In this document: positions 35,380 to 47,974 of the stretch, one piece after another
Layout of the letters: each line of letters begins with the position of its first letter
How positions within the stretch are numbered: the stretch's first letter is position 1
From: Eukaryota sp. TZLM1-RC
Taxonomy: Eukaryota > Protista > Metamonada: BaSk clade
Assembly: GCA_040285825.1 (NCBI GenBank)
Contig: JAUPSS010000001.1
Location: forward strand, 2,418,001-2,482,000
Direction: 5' to 3'
Length of the DNA: 64,000 bases
The notes under the pieces: generated by a model
Told to the model about the DNA's origin: nothing
Database searches by the model: none
The model's input: the letters and a program-made list of their open reading frames with translations, nothing else
Made by a program: the position numbers and the translations under genes

Positions 35380-36771
35380 TCAAGGAGTCATGACTTCCCT
35401 AGTACCCATACTAGTCCTTGGCCCAAGCTTCGAAGGACTTTCAAAACACGGGCTAGACAAGGTTCTAATACTGAGAGGAGCTGACCTCGGTCTAAGAGAA
35501 GACAGTGGTGTACGTTGAGAAACAGTTTCTTCAAGTACTTGCTTTTGTGATCTCAACTCATTGATTTCCTTAAACAACTTTTCCCTTCGTAGGCGTTCTC
35601 TCTCCATTTTCAGACTGTTAAAACTACTTGATTGTAGCAAATGTTTAACTTGATGATTTAAATTATCTGCTTTTGAATTTGCTGATCTCAGTTGATCTTT
35701 AAGTGTTATTACTTCAGATTTAGATTCTAAATTAGCTACTAAATGCTCTTCTTCTTGTTGAGTATTTTTCTTTTCTGTTTCATGGAATTTCTGCAACGAT
35801 TGCTTAAATTGATGTTTTAATTTAGAATTCTTTGCTATAATTTGCTCTGAAATGGACAAGGTGACACGTAGCTCTTTCTGCAAGTCTTGAATTTTCTCAT
35901 CTTTTTGAGCCATTATTGATCTCAACTTGTCAATTTCACGTGTCTGATCCTGTTCCCTGACAACTGACACGTGGCGCTGATAAGATCTTAATTTAGATTT
36001 TAAAAGTTTATTTTCTTCTTGAACTTCATTCAATTCACAATCCACATTACCAATTCTTTTTAATTCATCATTTAGATGATTAATTTGATCTAATAAACCA
36101 GACTCAGCTTTTTTTACGTGCTGATTTCTTTTGATTTTTTCAACATTAAGAGCAGATTCTAATTGTTCTATTCGTAATAAACGTAATTCTTGAAAATTTA
36201 CAGTTGATTTTAAATTTTTGTTTTCTTTTTTCAATTCTTCATTTTGATTGGTGAGTTCTTCTAATCTCGTCATGAGCTCTAATTGTTTGACTTCCTTTGA
36301 CTGTTGAATTTTTTCTAATTTTGATTGTAATTTTGAATTTTCTTGGATAGTTGAATTAAGTTTTGATGTAAGCTGAGATATTTCATTTTTTTGTTCTTTA
36401 TTAAGAGAATTAAGCTGAGAAAGTTCGTTTTTTAACTTTGAAAACTTATTGTTATTCACACTATTCTTCTTATCAATTCCTTCATTCAACTCTTGCTCAA
36501 ACTTAGCTTTGAACTGGAACAAGGTGGAGATCTGGGCACGGAGACGTTCTAGAAGAATCAGGGGAGAAAGAGAAAGAAGGTCTTCCTGAGGAGAGGTGTT
36601 GGCGAGTTCAGAGTAAAGGTTGCATATTTCTTGGGAGAGTTTGATGGTAAGATCTGCCTTGGATTTGAATTTGAGATTCATTGCACGAGTGTCGGAGATC
36701 TGGCTCTTGAGGACGGTATTCTCATTTTGGAGATCAAGAAGGCGGTTCTTGAGGTCAAGATCTTCTGTCAT
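35380..36771 (-). CDS. Long coiled-coil protein
   Basis: Heptad-rich E/K/L/Q ORF; likely ATG at 36771. Confidence 0.75.
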   Translation of the reverse strand: MTEDLDLKNRLLDLQNENTVLKSQISDTRAMNLKFKSKADLTIKLSQEICNLYSELANTSPQEDLLSLSPLILLERLRAQISTLFQFKAKFEQELNEGIDKKNSVNNNKFSKLKNELSQLNSLNKEQKNEISQLTSKLNSTIQENSKLQSKLEKIQQSKEVKQLELMTRLEELTNQNEELKKENKNLKSTVNFQELRLLRIEQLESALNVEKIKRNQHVKKAESGLLDQINHLNDELKRIGNVDCELNEVQEENKLLKSKLRSYQRHVSVVREQDQTREIDKLRSIMAQKDEKIQDLQKELRVTLSISEQIIAKNSKLKHQFKQSLQKFHETEKKNTQQEEEHLVANLESKSEVITLKDQLRSANSKADNLNHQVKHLLQSSSFNSLKMERERLRREKLFKEINELRSQKQVLEETVSQRTPLSSLRPRSAPLSIRTLSSPCFESPSKLGPRTSMGTREVMTP

Positions 36772-37231
36772 GATTATGATGTTGTAAATAAGCAAGGATG
36801 ATTCAATTTGGGAGGCAATTCCTGATGTGGAAAAATCCAAAAATGCTACAGAATAACTGTATTAAACAACTATAACTTAAGATAACATTAAGATAACAAA
36901 ACTATAATTTCTCTAAATCATCATTTTAATTGTAAACACTGTTCTACTTTCCGATCAAAAGTCCTTGATGCAGTTAGAGACCAACTCTATTGCATGTGAA
37001 CGTCACACAGAATTGTATCCTATTTAGAACCATTACTCTCTCGTTTGGTTGATGAAGAAACTTTGAATTTTTGGGTCGAAATAGTGGTAATTTAATGCTT
37101 GAAGGTCTTGAAATCACGACCACTATCATTACTGATGTGAGATCAATTGATGTGTGTAATAATTCTTTCATACCATTAGCTCAGCCACAACACAAGAATC
37201 CGCTGTCTGTTGCCGAAAACATCAAAATTGA

Positions 37232-37517
37232 TGAATATAAAGCAAGCTGAATCGCATACTGATTATTTCCTTTGTCTTTTTACTTTTCCCTCACATGGCA
37301 CGCTTGGACCTCTTGCTTTATTTTTTTGGGATGATTTTGTTGAAATTGTAAAACAACGTACAGGAAGAATTTTGACAGAATGTTTTGGCAGAACAGAATT
37401 GTATTGTCAATTTTCAAAGGTGTTGTCCCCTTATTCTTCTGCTTTATTATCTCTTGGTGGCTTTTATGAAGGAAAAACTTCCAGTCAATACTTTTTGGCT
37501 GATTTGGGAAATGAAGA
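37232..37517 (+). mobile_element. 3' fragment of CRE-like element (family E)
   Basis: HGTLGPLALFFWDDFVEIVKQRTGRI. Confidence 0.75.
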
Positions 37518-37579
37518 AAAAATTGGGAAAGAAATAAATGGTATACAATATGAGGAATTAATAGACTGTTCTGATTAAT

Positions 37580-38185
37580 TATTAGACTGTTTTCAATATG
37601 GCACAAACTGCAAGGATATCGTGTATCAAAGAGCCCCTGCTGAAGAAAACACTTTTTCTGAATAATTTTGGTTCTGATGATAGAGGTGATGTATACTGTG
37701 ATTGGATTGATAATTCTGAAGCTATTGTTGACTTTGTCTCATGTAATATTGCAAATGATACTTTGGTTCACAGAAGAAAACTTAATCCTGTGGCTGCTCT
37801 GGATTTTAAAGCAAAAGAGAAACATAGAAAATATGATAAAGATATTGAAGAGGCTAATGTCGATAGAAATACACAGCTGGTTTTTATTGCTTTCCCATTT
37901 TCGCTAAATGGAAGATTATCAGTTGAAGCCGAAACTTTTTTGAATGACTTCCAAAAAATGGTTCAAGAAAAAACAATGAAAAGATTTGATATATTTTTAC
38001 GGCGTTCGCGGATTCAATTTGCCATTATTAATAGATTACCTCGGTTTTTCAATCAAATTAGAGAAGCTTTAGCTAGACAGCAAGCAGATCAAGATTTTGT
38101 AGAGGAAATCTTGGTTCAATGATAGTCGTCCCATTAGTAATGAGTTAATTTTATTAAGTGTGCATGTTCAATAAATACAAATAAT
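37580..38185 (+). mobile_element. 3' RLE fragment of CRE-like element (family A)
   Basis: ORF 37598-38122 is near-identical to the family A C-terminus, followed by the 3' UTR. Confidence 0.9.
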
Positions 38186-39375
38186 AATGTGATTTTTAAA
38201 ACATTTTAAAAAACATAAAAATGAAACTTTTTTTCTCTTTGTTCATAATTGAGGTAAATTTTTTTCTGATGATGGTTTCTAGTAGCAGTTATTCATGACA
38301 TAATTCAACTTAATCTAATTAATCCCGAAAGATTACTTGCGGTTGTTTAGGTAGGGGGTATCACTTCAAATCAAGTAGGATGTATTGTATCGAGGATCAG
38401 TTCAAATAATGTAACCTATTTTAAAGTGTCTGATGAAATTAAGAAGTTAATGAGACACTCAATGATGACATTCTTCTTGTTTGGCGACTCACACTATTTT
38501 TTGAAACAATGTGTTGATTTAATCTGAAAGGAACAGTTTGATTTTGTTTGTAAATGATTTATTTCAATAAAAAGCTATACGACGAAGTTAAAATTCTATA
38601 TCTTCATAACTAAAGAACAGTTTGATTGTGTAAATTTCCACAGGCACAACACAGGCAGTTGCGAATTGACTTAAGTTTTCCATGACATTAACTCATTTTC
38701 AGATTCATTTAAGGTATCATTAGTACCTCGTGTTCAGCATTTCTTGGCGAAGTGTTAACAGATTTAAAAACAGATCCTTCAGGTGCAATTCTCTTCAACT
38801 AAAAAGTAAAGTGGGGAATTTCTCTAGAAATGGGACAGTGTGCAGTTTTCAGCACTGTTTTGTCAGATGGTTGACCAAAATTCTACAATTGTGATGTTCA
38901 CAACAAATGACTGTCCACACCACCAAACCTAATTTATGTTAGAATGTGGGATTGTTGTTTAAAACCACAATAGCTCTTGACAACTTTTGATACAATGCAA
39001 TGGAAAATATCCCATAAATTCTGTTGTCAAATAAGTCATTGGCAAATAAATTACTAAATTTCTCAATAATTTCTCAATAATTTTACGTTAAAACTGACTG
39101 TTTTGATACTGTGTAACAAATAAACTTAAACCTTGTTTCTGCTTTTTGGCTTAATTCTTGGCCTATTTAGTTGGTTGAATGGTGTGACCATTGGATTGTA
39201 TGATAGAATTCATCTCATAAAAACTGAAAGACAAGTTTTGGAAGCTTTGTTGTTTAATTTTTTGTTAGCGTTGAAAATAAAAAACATTGAAATAAAAAGT
39301 TCAGTTTTGGAAACAGCAATAAAATCATTTCATTTATTAATACACCCTACGTTAATCTTTTTGTGCTATTAGCCG

Positions 39376-40778
39376 ATGTCTGAACCATCTCTTGAATCTG
39401 AAGTCTTTGATGTCATTGTTTGTGGTACTGGACTCAAAGAATGTGTCCTTTCTGGGATCTTCTCTGTCCTTGGAATGAAAGTACTTCAAATTGATCGCAA
39501 TTCTTATTATGGAGGCGAATGTGCTTCTCTCAATGCCACTCAACTCTTAGAACATTTTAACGATGAAGGAGATCACAAACGTCTTGGACGAAATCGCGAC
39601 TGGAATGTCGATCTTATTCCCAAGTTCCTCATGTCTTCCGGGGAACTTGTCAAAATTTTAGTACGTACCGAGGTCTACAAGCGCTACCTTAGCTTCCGCC
39701 TTGTCGGTGGATGCTATACTGTTAAAAATGGCAAGATATTCAAGGTACCCTCTTCTGATACTGAGGCCCTTAAATCACCGTTAATGAGTCTGTTTGAAAA
39801 ACGAAGGTTTGTCTTGTAACTCTAACACCAACTAATCATAGATGTCGCAACTTCCTTCAAATGGTGCAACAATTCGATGAAGCCAAGCCTGAAACCATGA
39901 AAGTCAAGAACATTGATCTCAACCAAGCCCCCATGAAGAACGTGTTTGCCCATTTCTCCCTGCACTCAGATACCATTGACTTTATTGGTCACAGCATGGC
40001 CCTTCATCGCGACGATGACTACCTCGACCAGCCAGCAGTTGAAACCATTAAACGAATTCGATTGTTTTGTGAATCTCTCGCCCGCTTTGGACAGTCCCCC
40101 TATGTATACCCTATGTACGGATTAGGTGACATTCCTCAAGCCTTTGCTCGTCTATCTGCTGTCTACTCCGGTACTTTTATGCTCAACAAGGATGTTGATG
40201 AGGTACTTTTTGATGAAGAAGGTAAAGTCACTGGAATAAGGTCTGGAGACGATGTCTTTAAATGCAAGAAAATCGTTGGAGATCCTTCTTACTTTTCTGA
40301 TCGTGTTGAAAAAATTGACCAAACTGTGCGTGCAATCTGCATTCTTTCGCACCCAATCCCAGACACCAACAATGTTGATTCATGCCAAATTATCATACCC
40401 CAAAAACAAGTAGGTAGACAATCTGACATTTACATTTCGATGGTATCTTCTGCACATCATGTATGTCCAAAAGGAAAGTATGTAGCTTTTGTTTCCACCA
40501 CGGTTGAAACTGAAAATCCTGAAGCTGAATTACAACCTGGTTTGGATCTTTTAGGAACAATTGATGAAAAGTTTGTTTTCTGCTCTGATTTGAGACGTCC
40601 TAAGGAACAATTTGTAAATGATGGCTCTGGATTGTTTATCTCCAGCTCTTATGATGCTAGCGCCAACTTTGAAACCGCTGTTAGTGATATTGCTTCTTTG
40701 TTTGAGGCCATTACAGGAAAGAGTTGGAAGGAGGAGCTTTCTAGTGTAGACTTGAGTGATATTGAACACAGCCAGTAG
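39376..40778 (+). CDS. GDI: Rab GDP-dissociation inhibitor; intron 39807-39841
   Basis: [43 protein letters not shown]. The 35-nt GTTTGT...ACTAATCATAG intron restores FEKRRCRNFL. Confidence 0.96.
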
Positions 40779-40939
40779 ATTGTATTTGATTTGTAAAGGG
40801 TATATTGTTTTTTTGTTTTCATACACATGGCCATTTGGGGTAGGAGTTGATATCATGTGGACAAACTGTTGGTCTTGAGTTGTAAATGCATTGTAGTTAT
40901 TGAACATATTTAAATATTCCATGTATCTTCAGATACAAA

Positions 40940-43570
40940 TTTTTTTTAGAAAACTGGAATATTTATTGAGGTAGAAAAAAACCATCTAGAATTTAATATC
41001 CTCCAAACAAGCGTCACTATTACTAAACCTACTCACAGCATTACGTTCATATTCTACACCAATAGCTTAAAGCGCCTTGGAAATCATTGTTGGAATAGAC
41101 TTGAAAATGCAAAACACAATTCTATTTAACCAGAAAGTGGAGTTCATTGTTTTACCAGACCTATTTAGTAACACCTTTTGGAAATTTTCAAAAAAGTGCA
41201 ACCCTGAAGGTCCAATATTGCCAAAAAGAGAAATTGCAAACGGCAAAAACTGATATTTCACATATTCCACTCTACCTAACTGTGCCAAAAATTCTTCATA
41301 TTTTTTTATCTTCTTCTTTTCGGCGTTAGATAACGGCGAATCAGCGGAATACACTAAACGAGCAGCAGAATTTTTGCAAACATCAACTGAGACAACATCT
41401 ACAACATTGAGAACACCATCGATCCCTGGAGCTACTGAATCTGCCCTTCTTTTACCAAAGGAATCATCAGTTTGATTTGAAGACAGCTTACGTACTAGTG
41501 GCTCAATAAATGCCTCTATATTGAAACTTTTGCACATGGCATATAATTGATCAAGAACTGAGTCATGAACAATTGAGCGATAAGTTATAAAATACTTACA
41601 GTTTAAAATATGGGAAAGCGTAACAACACTCTTGCAGCGACAAATTAAATCATTTGGTAAAGAACAAGGCCATAGAAAACATCTCATTCTCATTGCAGTG
41701 GTCCATTGGTGATCATTAAGTAAAAGGTCATAAATGTTGGGAATTTGGGAGATTAGGCAACTTGAGCAACTGTCTTCAAGATCAATCAAAAAGTTTGCAA
41801 AAACGGGATTTTTTCAGCCAAGCTAAGACGTACAATATAATCCAAGTTTTCTAAAACTTTCAAGATTTTTTTCTGCAATTTTGCAAAAGTCAGTGGTAAG
41901 GAGAGCAAGCTTCTTGGAGGAAGTTCCACAATATCAGAGGGGAAACATTTAGACCAGATATTGGGTGAAGGAATTTCAATTTCCTGTTGCAAAGAAATAA
42001 GATAAGAGCTGCCACAATTTTTGTCTATTGAATTCGCACACTGATTTTGACTTTTTGGCTGATTTGGGGTATGAAGATTTAGCATTTTAAATTTGTTGTT
42101 TAGTTCTTCAATGGAATAAATAATAACTTTAATTTATTGAATTTGCACACTTAATTAAAATAACTCATAACTAATGGGACGACTATCATTGAACCAAGAT
42201 TTCCTCTACAAATTCTTGATCTGCTTGCTGCTTGCTGTCTAGCTAAAACTTCTCTTATTCGATTGAAAAACCGTGGTAATCTATTAATAATCGCAAATTG
42301 AATCCGTGAACGCCATAAAAATAAATGATTAATTCGCACATTAATGGATGAATTGCCAGACAAAAGAAAAAAGGACCAAGTGGATCGCCTTGTTTAACAC
42401 CTGAAGACGAAAGCAGGTCAAAGTTTTCATAGACCAATGTGGATGATTTTCCATAAAATGAATAGAAAAAAGGCTCAACTTCAGGAAAATGCTTTCGTAG
42501 CAAAGGTAAAATGGAAGAACGAGATACAGATATGAAAGCATTCTTAAAATCTAAATTGAAGATGTAATTAGAATCACTAGAATTAAAAAACACATCCGAC
42601 GAAAGAGCAGCAGCAGAAGCACCATCAATTGTCTTGATTCCAAATCGAAATGGACTGAAAAATTCTTTGGCTTTTTTCGCAATTCTATTGAAAACAAGAG
42701 ACGCAAGAATTCTTGAAAACGATTCTAAAATTGCAATTGGACGGATTTTGTATTGACTTTTTTTGAGGGCAATTAAACGAGCACTGGTCATCTCAAAAGG
42801 GACTTTAATTTTTAACGTTGGAAGATTGTTAAAAAACCAAGATCATCAGCAATTTCAGGACACTGTCCAACAGCTGATTTGATTATGTCAAAATTCAACA
42901 AAGATGGCCCAGGAGCTTTTCCAGTAGGCATTTGCTGAATCAGTTTCAATACCTCTGAAGCATTGACAGGACGGTGCAGCCAATAATCAACTGAATCTGG
43001 TTTAGTACAATGAAAATTGTCTTCTGGATGAAGATGATTCAATTGGAACAATGTGCTTTCATTACATTCAGCTAAATCAGAAGACAATAGACATTGTTTT
43101 GCAGATCCAAAACGTCCTTTTAAAGCTAATTTTCTGACTAATTTTTCTTTCGAAAAAACATTTTTTTTAAAATTTGTTTTTTTTTTGATAAAAGTTTTTT
43201 ATCTTTTTTCAGAAACAATTTCCAAATCCGTGTGACATCCCATAATCCTTTACGGAGATTTTCAGTAAAAACACGAAGAACAACAGCAAAAGGTATCGAA
43301 GCTAACGGACTAAGCTGAGCAGGAACACGAATGGGACAACGTAGCTGATCAGTACCAACACAAGAATCACAAAAAAGTAAAGGTCGACCAGAATCATTGA
43401 CAGCAACAAGCTTTCGACAAAAAACACATTTTTTGTCATCTTTTTGATCTTCTTTGTCAGAAATGTTATCGGGAATCTCAATTGAAAATTCATTTTCAGG
43501 ATTGTGTGATAACGGAAAAATTAAATCAGCAGTAGCAGCACGAGCATTGAGCTTTTCCTTTTAAATAAGC
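40940..43570 (-). mobile_element. Decayed, internally deleted near-full-length CRE-like element (family C), interrupted at 42041-42330
   Basis: GKAPGPS, RLIALKK...IRPIAILE, LDFKNAF, GVKQGDPLGP, then C-x-C..H..NC, IVHDSV, RRAD..VD, KIKKY. Confidence 0.85.
42041..42330 (-). mobile_element. Composite insert: family A 3' end (-) plus family E tail (+), flanked by 10-bp TSD
   Basis: AATTCGCACA at 42031-42040 and 42331-42340. Confidence 0.8.
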
Positions 43571-43789
43571 GGACAAGTTGCAATGTAATATCCGGATTTT
43601 CAAAATACAAACAAAATATACAAAATATGATGTTGATTTTGTATCAAATTTGACTCTCAGTCTTCACAATCAAATTCATTGTAGGACAAATTTTGTTGTT
43701 TTGAAACCTATTATTGAAGCATGTTTTTGAGGTAATTGACTGGATAAAACAATTAGTTTTCTTATAAATTGTTATTAGTCCAAGTCTAA

Positions 43790-44440
43790 TTCTTTACCAC
43801 AGGTCACTTTGCGTCATTCTGTTAATTGCTCGAAATTGACAACTTATCGTTCTTCATTACATGATGCTGTTAGAGACACTGTTTTTAATGAGGCACAAAC
43901 TGCAAGAATTCCGTTTATCAAAGAACCTCTGCTGAAGGAAACACTGTCATTCAATAATTTCGGTTCTGATGATAGAGGTGATGTATACTGTGATTGGATT
44001 CAGAACTCTGAAGCTGCTGTTGACTTTGTCTCATGTAATGTTGCAAATGACATTTTGGTTCAAAAGAAGAAAACTTACTCCTGTAAGTGCTCTTGAATTT
44101 AAAACTAAAGGAAAACATAGAAAATATGACAAAGTTATCGAAGAAGCTAATGCTGATAGAAACAGACCACTTGTTTTTATTGCTTTCCCATTTTCTATAA
44201 ACGGGAGACTATCAGTAAAAACAGGAACCTTTTGAATGACTTCCAAAAAAATGGTTCAAGAAAAAACAATGAAAAGATTTGATATTTTTTTATGGCGTTC
44301 ACGGATTCAATTTGCCATTATTAATAGATTACCTCGGTTTTTTATTCGAATTAGAGAAGCTTTTGTAAATGAAATCTTGGTTCAATGAATTTCGTCTCAT
44401 TAGTTATGATTTTATTTTTTCATGTGTGGAAGTTCAATAA
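43790..44440 (+). mobile_element. 3' RLE fragment of CRE-like element (family A-related)
   Basis: SLHDAVRD...RGDVYCDW...KHRKY; frameshifted. Confidence 0.88.
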
Positions 44441-44560
44441 GTAGATGAGTAAAGTTACTTTACCTTTGATTTTATTAAAATAAGTTTCCTAAGCTTTTGG
44501 AAAGATGTATTGGTAAAGACTTAAAAAAAGAACAATAAATTAAATTTCTTTACTGTACAA

Positions 44561-45220
44561 TTAACCAAAACAATTATATTTTCCATTAGGCTTGACATAC
44601 AGTTTACCAGTATTCAATAAATAAGCAAAGAACTGGTTAGCATCTTCCAGAGGGCATGAAAAATGATTAGCCAAGTCTTCTGGCGAGGTTTCGCCATTGC
44701 TCTTCACAAAATCAAGAACCTGCCTGATTGAATCCTCTTCTTCAGGATCTCCTTTTGTAGCTTGTTGTTGAGCCCCCCCTGTTTGGGAATTATTAATGTA
44801 GGCAGTGGCAATAGAAAAATCATGATGAATCACTTCAGGTCTCTCTATACCTGTTTTAAGGGATACAGCAGTAACATTTACACCTCTATTGTCACCTGTA
44901 CCACCTCCCTTAATGCGGAGAAAAGCTCTGGCATAACACGGGGTGTTGATACCGTCCTGTACGTCCAACGTGATCACATCTATCGAACCCGTTGGGTCAC
45001 ACAGCATAAATTGAGCTTGGGCGGGGTTGCGTACTTCATACTTTGTCAGTTTACCAACAACCGTGAAAAGCAAAGGTCTGGAGCCATCCTTATAGATAGG
45101 ATAAGATTCAGGCTTTTCAGCAAGGTCGTTGACCTGTGCACAAGAGACAGGGAAGTAACATCTACGGGGACCTTTTTTCTCTTCTCCAGGAGATGCCATA
45201 GGTTGTGAGGAGTTGAACAT
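44561..45220 (-). CDS. RPA32/RPA2-like ssDNA-binding protein (OB fold + C-terminal winged helix)
   Basis: PVSCAQV, VVGK...FMLCDPTGSIDV, EVIHH, C-terminal wH ending YLLNTGKLY. Likely ATG at 45220. Confidence 0.7.
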   Translation of the reverse strand: MFNSSQPMASPGEEKKGPRRCYFPVSCAQVNDLAEKPESYPIYKDGSRPLLFTVVGKLTKYEVRNPAQAQFMLCDPTGSIDVITLDVQDGINTPCYARAFLRIKGGGTGDNRGVNVTAVSLKTGIERPEVIHHDFSIATAYINNSQTGGAQQQATKGDPEEEDSIRQVLDFVKSNGETSPEDLANHFSCPLEDANQFFAYLLNTGKLYVKPNGKYNCFG

Positions 45221-45539
45221 TGATGTTTGGGTTGGGAAAAGGTTGAGCAAAATACAAGGCAAATAAAACAATTGATTGTGCTGTTTTAATCTGCAGGCGA
45301 TTAGTGAAGCTTGTTTCTGGTTCATTATCATTGTTGGGTAAATTGTCTAATCTTAGTTCTTGTGATTCTGTAGAATAATTAGTTTTAATAAACCGATGTT
45401 TTCTTTTTGATGAATATTGAATTACCAATTGTCAAAATAGGACGTATTAATTGAAAATCAATTCTATTTTAAACATCAGTAAACAGCTGGTTCTCTGAAG
45501 TGATAATCAAAAGTGAATGGTAATTTTTCGAAAAACAAA

Positions 45540-45920
45540 TTTTATTGAACTGCAACACTTAATAAAGTTAAATCAGAACTAATGGGGCTAAATTCAATCA
45601 ACCAAGATTTCCTTTACAAAATCCTCATCTGCTTGTTTTCTGGCCATTGCTTCTCTTATTGGATAAAAGAACCGAAGTAATTTATTGATTTCAGCAAGTT
45701 TATTTCACGACCATCACATTGTTTTTTCTTGAACTATTGTTTGGAAATCATTCAGAAAATTTCAAACTTCTACTGATAGTCTTCCGCTCATAGAAAATGG
45801 AAAAGCAATAAATACAAGAAGTCTATTTCTATCAGCATTAGCTTCTTCGATATCTTCGTCAAATTTTTCTACTTCATTCGCTTTATATTCAAGAGCGTTG
45901 ACATGATTAAGTTTTGTTGT
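45540..45920 (-). mobile_element. Decayed 3' fragment of family A-related CRE-like element
   Basis: Reverse complement matches FIAFPFS..GRLSVE and the family A 3' UTR. Confidence 0.75.
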
Positions 45921-46274
45921 AATGCAGACAATTAGTCCAGCACTTGTTTATATAATAGACTTCACTAGTGATGGTTTTCAACAGTTTTTTTTTCACACTT
46001 TATTGTGATTAAATTTCATAAATTGTTTTAGTTGTGTTTTTTACGAGCAAAGTTTCAGTTTCCTTCCATGAACCAACGTGTTTCATTCAAATTCACTATA
46101 TTTCCAGTTCAGATTTGATCAAAATTTGAATCGCAATTGGACTATGTTTTTTGTGATCAAATTTTAATCAGCTCAAATTGTTGTAAGATCATCGATGACA
46201 TAAAGTCATTATATAAACAGACAACACATTCTTCTGAAAAACACAAAATTTTTTTTATTCCTTTTTTTTATTAT

Positions 46275-47685
46275 TTATTTTTATTCAACAACAAATATGA
46301 AATACACAATTAAAACTCCACATCCTCAAAACCTGCCTCCCCTACATCAAAACAATTAATCGCTAAAGATTCAGAAAATTTCCCAAAAGAAGATAGTGAA
46401 TCAGAAATTAGTTTTACCATTCCCTTAAAAATAGAAAATACAATCCTGTTTTGCCAGTAAACACGATTGAAAATTCTTCCAGTTCTTTCCTTTACAACTA
46501 CAACAAAATCCTCAAGGAAAGCCACAGCAGCCTTACCTAGAGTTCCAAGCAAAGAAAAAACAAATGGACATAAATTATATTGGGCATGAGAATTTTCATT
46601 AACCGAGGAAATGGGTTTCGCATATTTAGCAATTTTATATTTTTCGCCTGCAAGAAGAGGATTATTTACATCCGAGTTAATGAGATGTTCGTTAGAGGAA
46701 TTAAAAGGGTCGATAGACATGGCGTCCAAAATAGTAAAACTACCATTTAAACCAGGAACAACTAGATCACCTCTAGTCAGACCCATAGAAGCTCTGTTGT
46801 AACGCGTACTATCAATATTGGGATCATCAAGAATTAATTTTGATAACAGCGGTTCCAAAAAGGAATCTACTCCATATGATTTGCACATTACATAAATTTG
46901 GTCCCTGACGTTATTATGCACTTTGCTTCTAAACGTAATGAAATGTTTGCAGTTCAAAAGATGAGTAAACAAAAGAGGTTTACCACATTTACAAGTTAAA
47001 TGATTGGGCAAATTGTTTGGCCACAGAAAACAACGAAAACGCATGTTTAGAAGCCATTCATTGTTTTTTAACAAAAACCCATAAACAGAGGGAACTTGAG
47101 TTACTAAAGCAGCAGCTGAACTATCACGAATATCCTTTAAAAAATTACCGAAAGCGGGATTTTTAGTTTTGGCCAAACCAAATCTTACTTCATAATCCAA
47201 GCCTTCATATAATTTAACCAGATGGTGCTGAAGCTTTTTCAAGCAAAAACGTAAATTTGGAAGTGATCGGGTGGGAATTTCTTGAACATTTTGAGGAAAA
47301 CACTGAATCCAGATATCACTAGGCAAATTTTCTAATTCAAATTGCAGTTGATTCAAGTAAAAATTTGATTCACCATTGATCAGATGAACATCAAAAGGGA
47401 ACCTTTGGAAAAATTCAAAAACGAAATTTTTACCACCTCCCAAAAATGCTGCTTTACACAGAATCGAAGATTTGGTGAATCCAATTCCACCCAAATCTGC
47501 CGAACAAAATACATGACTTCGAATTAAAGATTCATTTACTTCTAATAAAGAAGAAAAAAATTTGACTCGAAGTTTGTTAAAAGATCTGCAAAAATTGAGA
47601 GATACGGATGGGGGAGTTGACCTTAAAATATGAGTGAATTTTCCAGAATAACAAATTTTTAAAATAAAAAAAATTTGATGTAAAA
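46275..47685 (-). mobile_element. 5'-truncated CRE-like element (family B), open ORF 46310-47704
   Basis: HILRSTPP, GGIG, CKCG...HLLNC, KVHNNVRD, RGDL...LD, KIAKY, PFVFSLLGTLG. Confidence 0.9.
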
Positions 47686-47974
47686 ATTTCATGAAAATTT
47701 GCAATTTATTAAATGAATTGATTTTTTTGCTTTAATCTGTGCACCCCCATTTTACAATTACATTTAACAAATTGACCAAATTAATATACATTTTTATTGA
47801 AAAAAACCATAAAACCAAGTGAAATAAAGTTATTTAAAACCTGTACAAAAATTAAACAAAATTCCAAAAAATAATAATAATTAATTGAAATAAATAAAAA
47901 TCTTACATTAAAACAAGACCAATTGAATGGACCTTAATTAAAAAAAATAGACCATGAAGTTACTAAAACACCAA

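Noticed and set aside
38200-39370. Possible decayed coding sequence upstream of GDI
   Set aside because: No recognisable motifs or sustained frame.
45329-45360. TTAGACAAT upstream of the RPA32-like ORF, resembling the Fanzor terminus core
   Set aside because: Only a 9-nt match, with no hairpin partner, no CTGT segment and no Fanzor coding remnant upstream.
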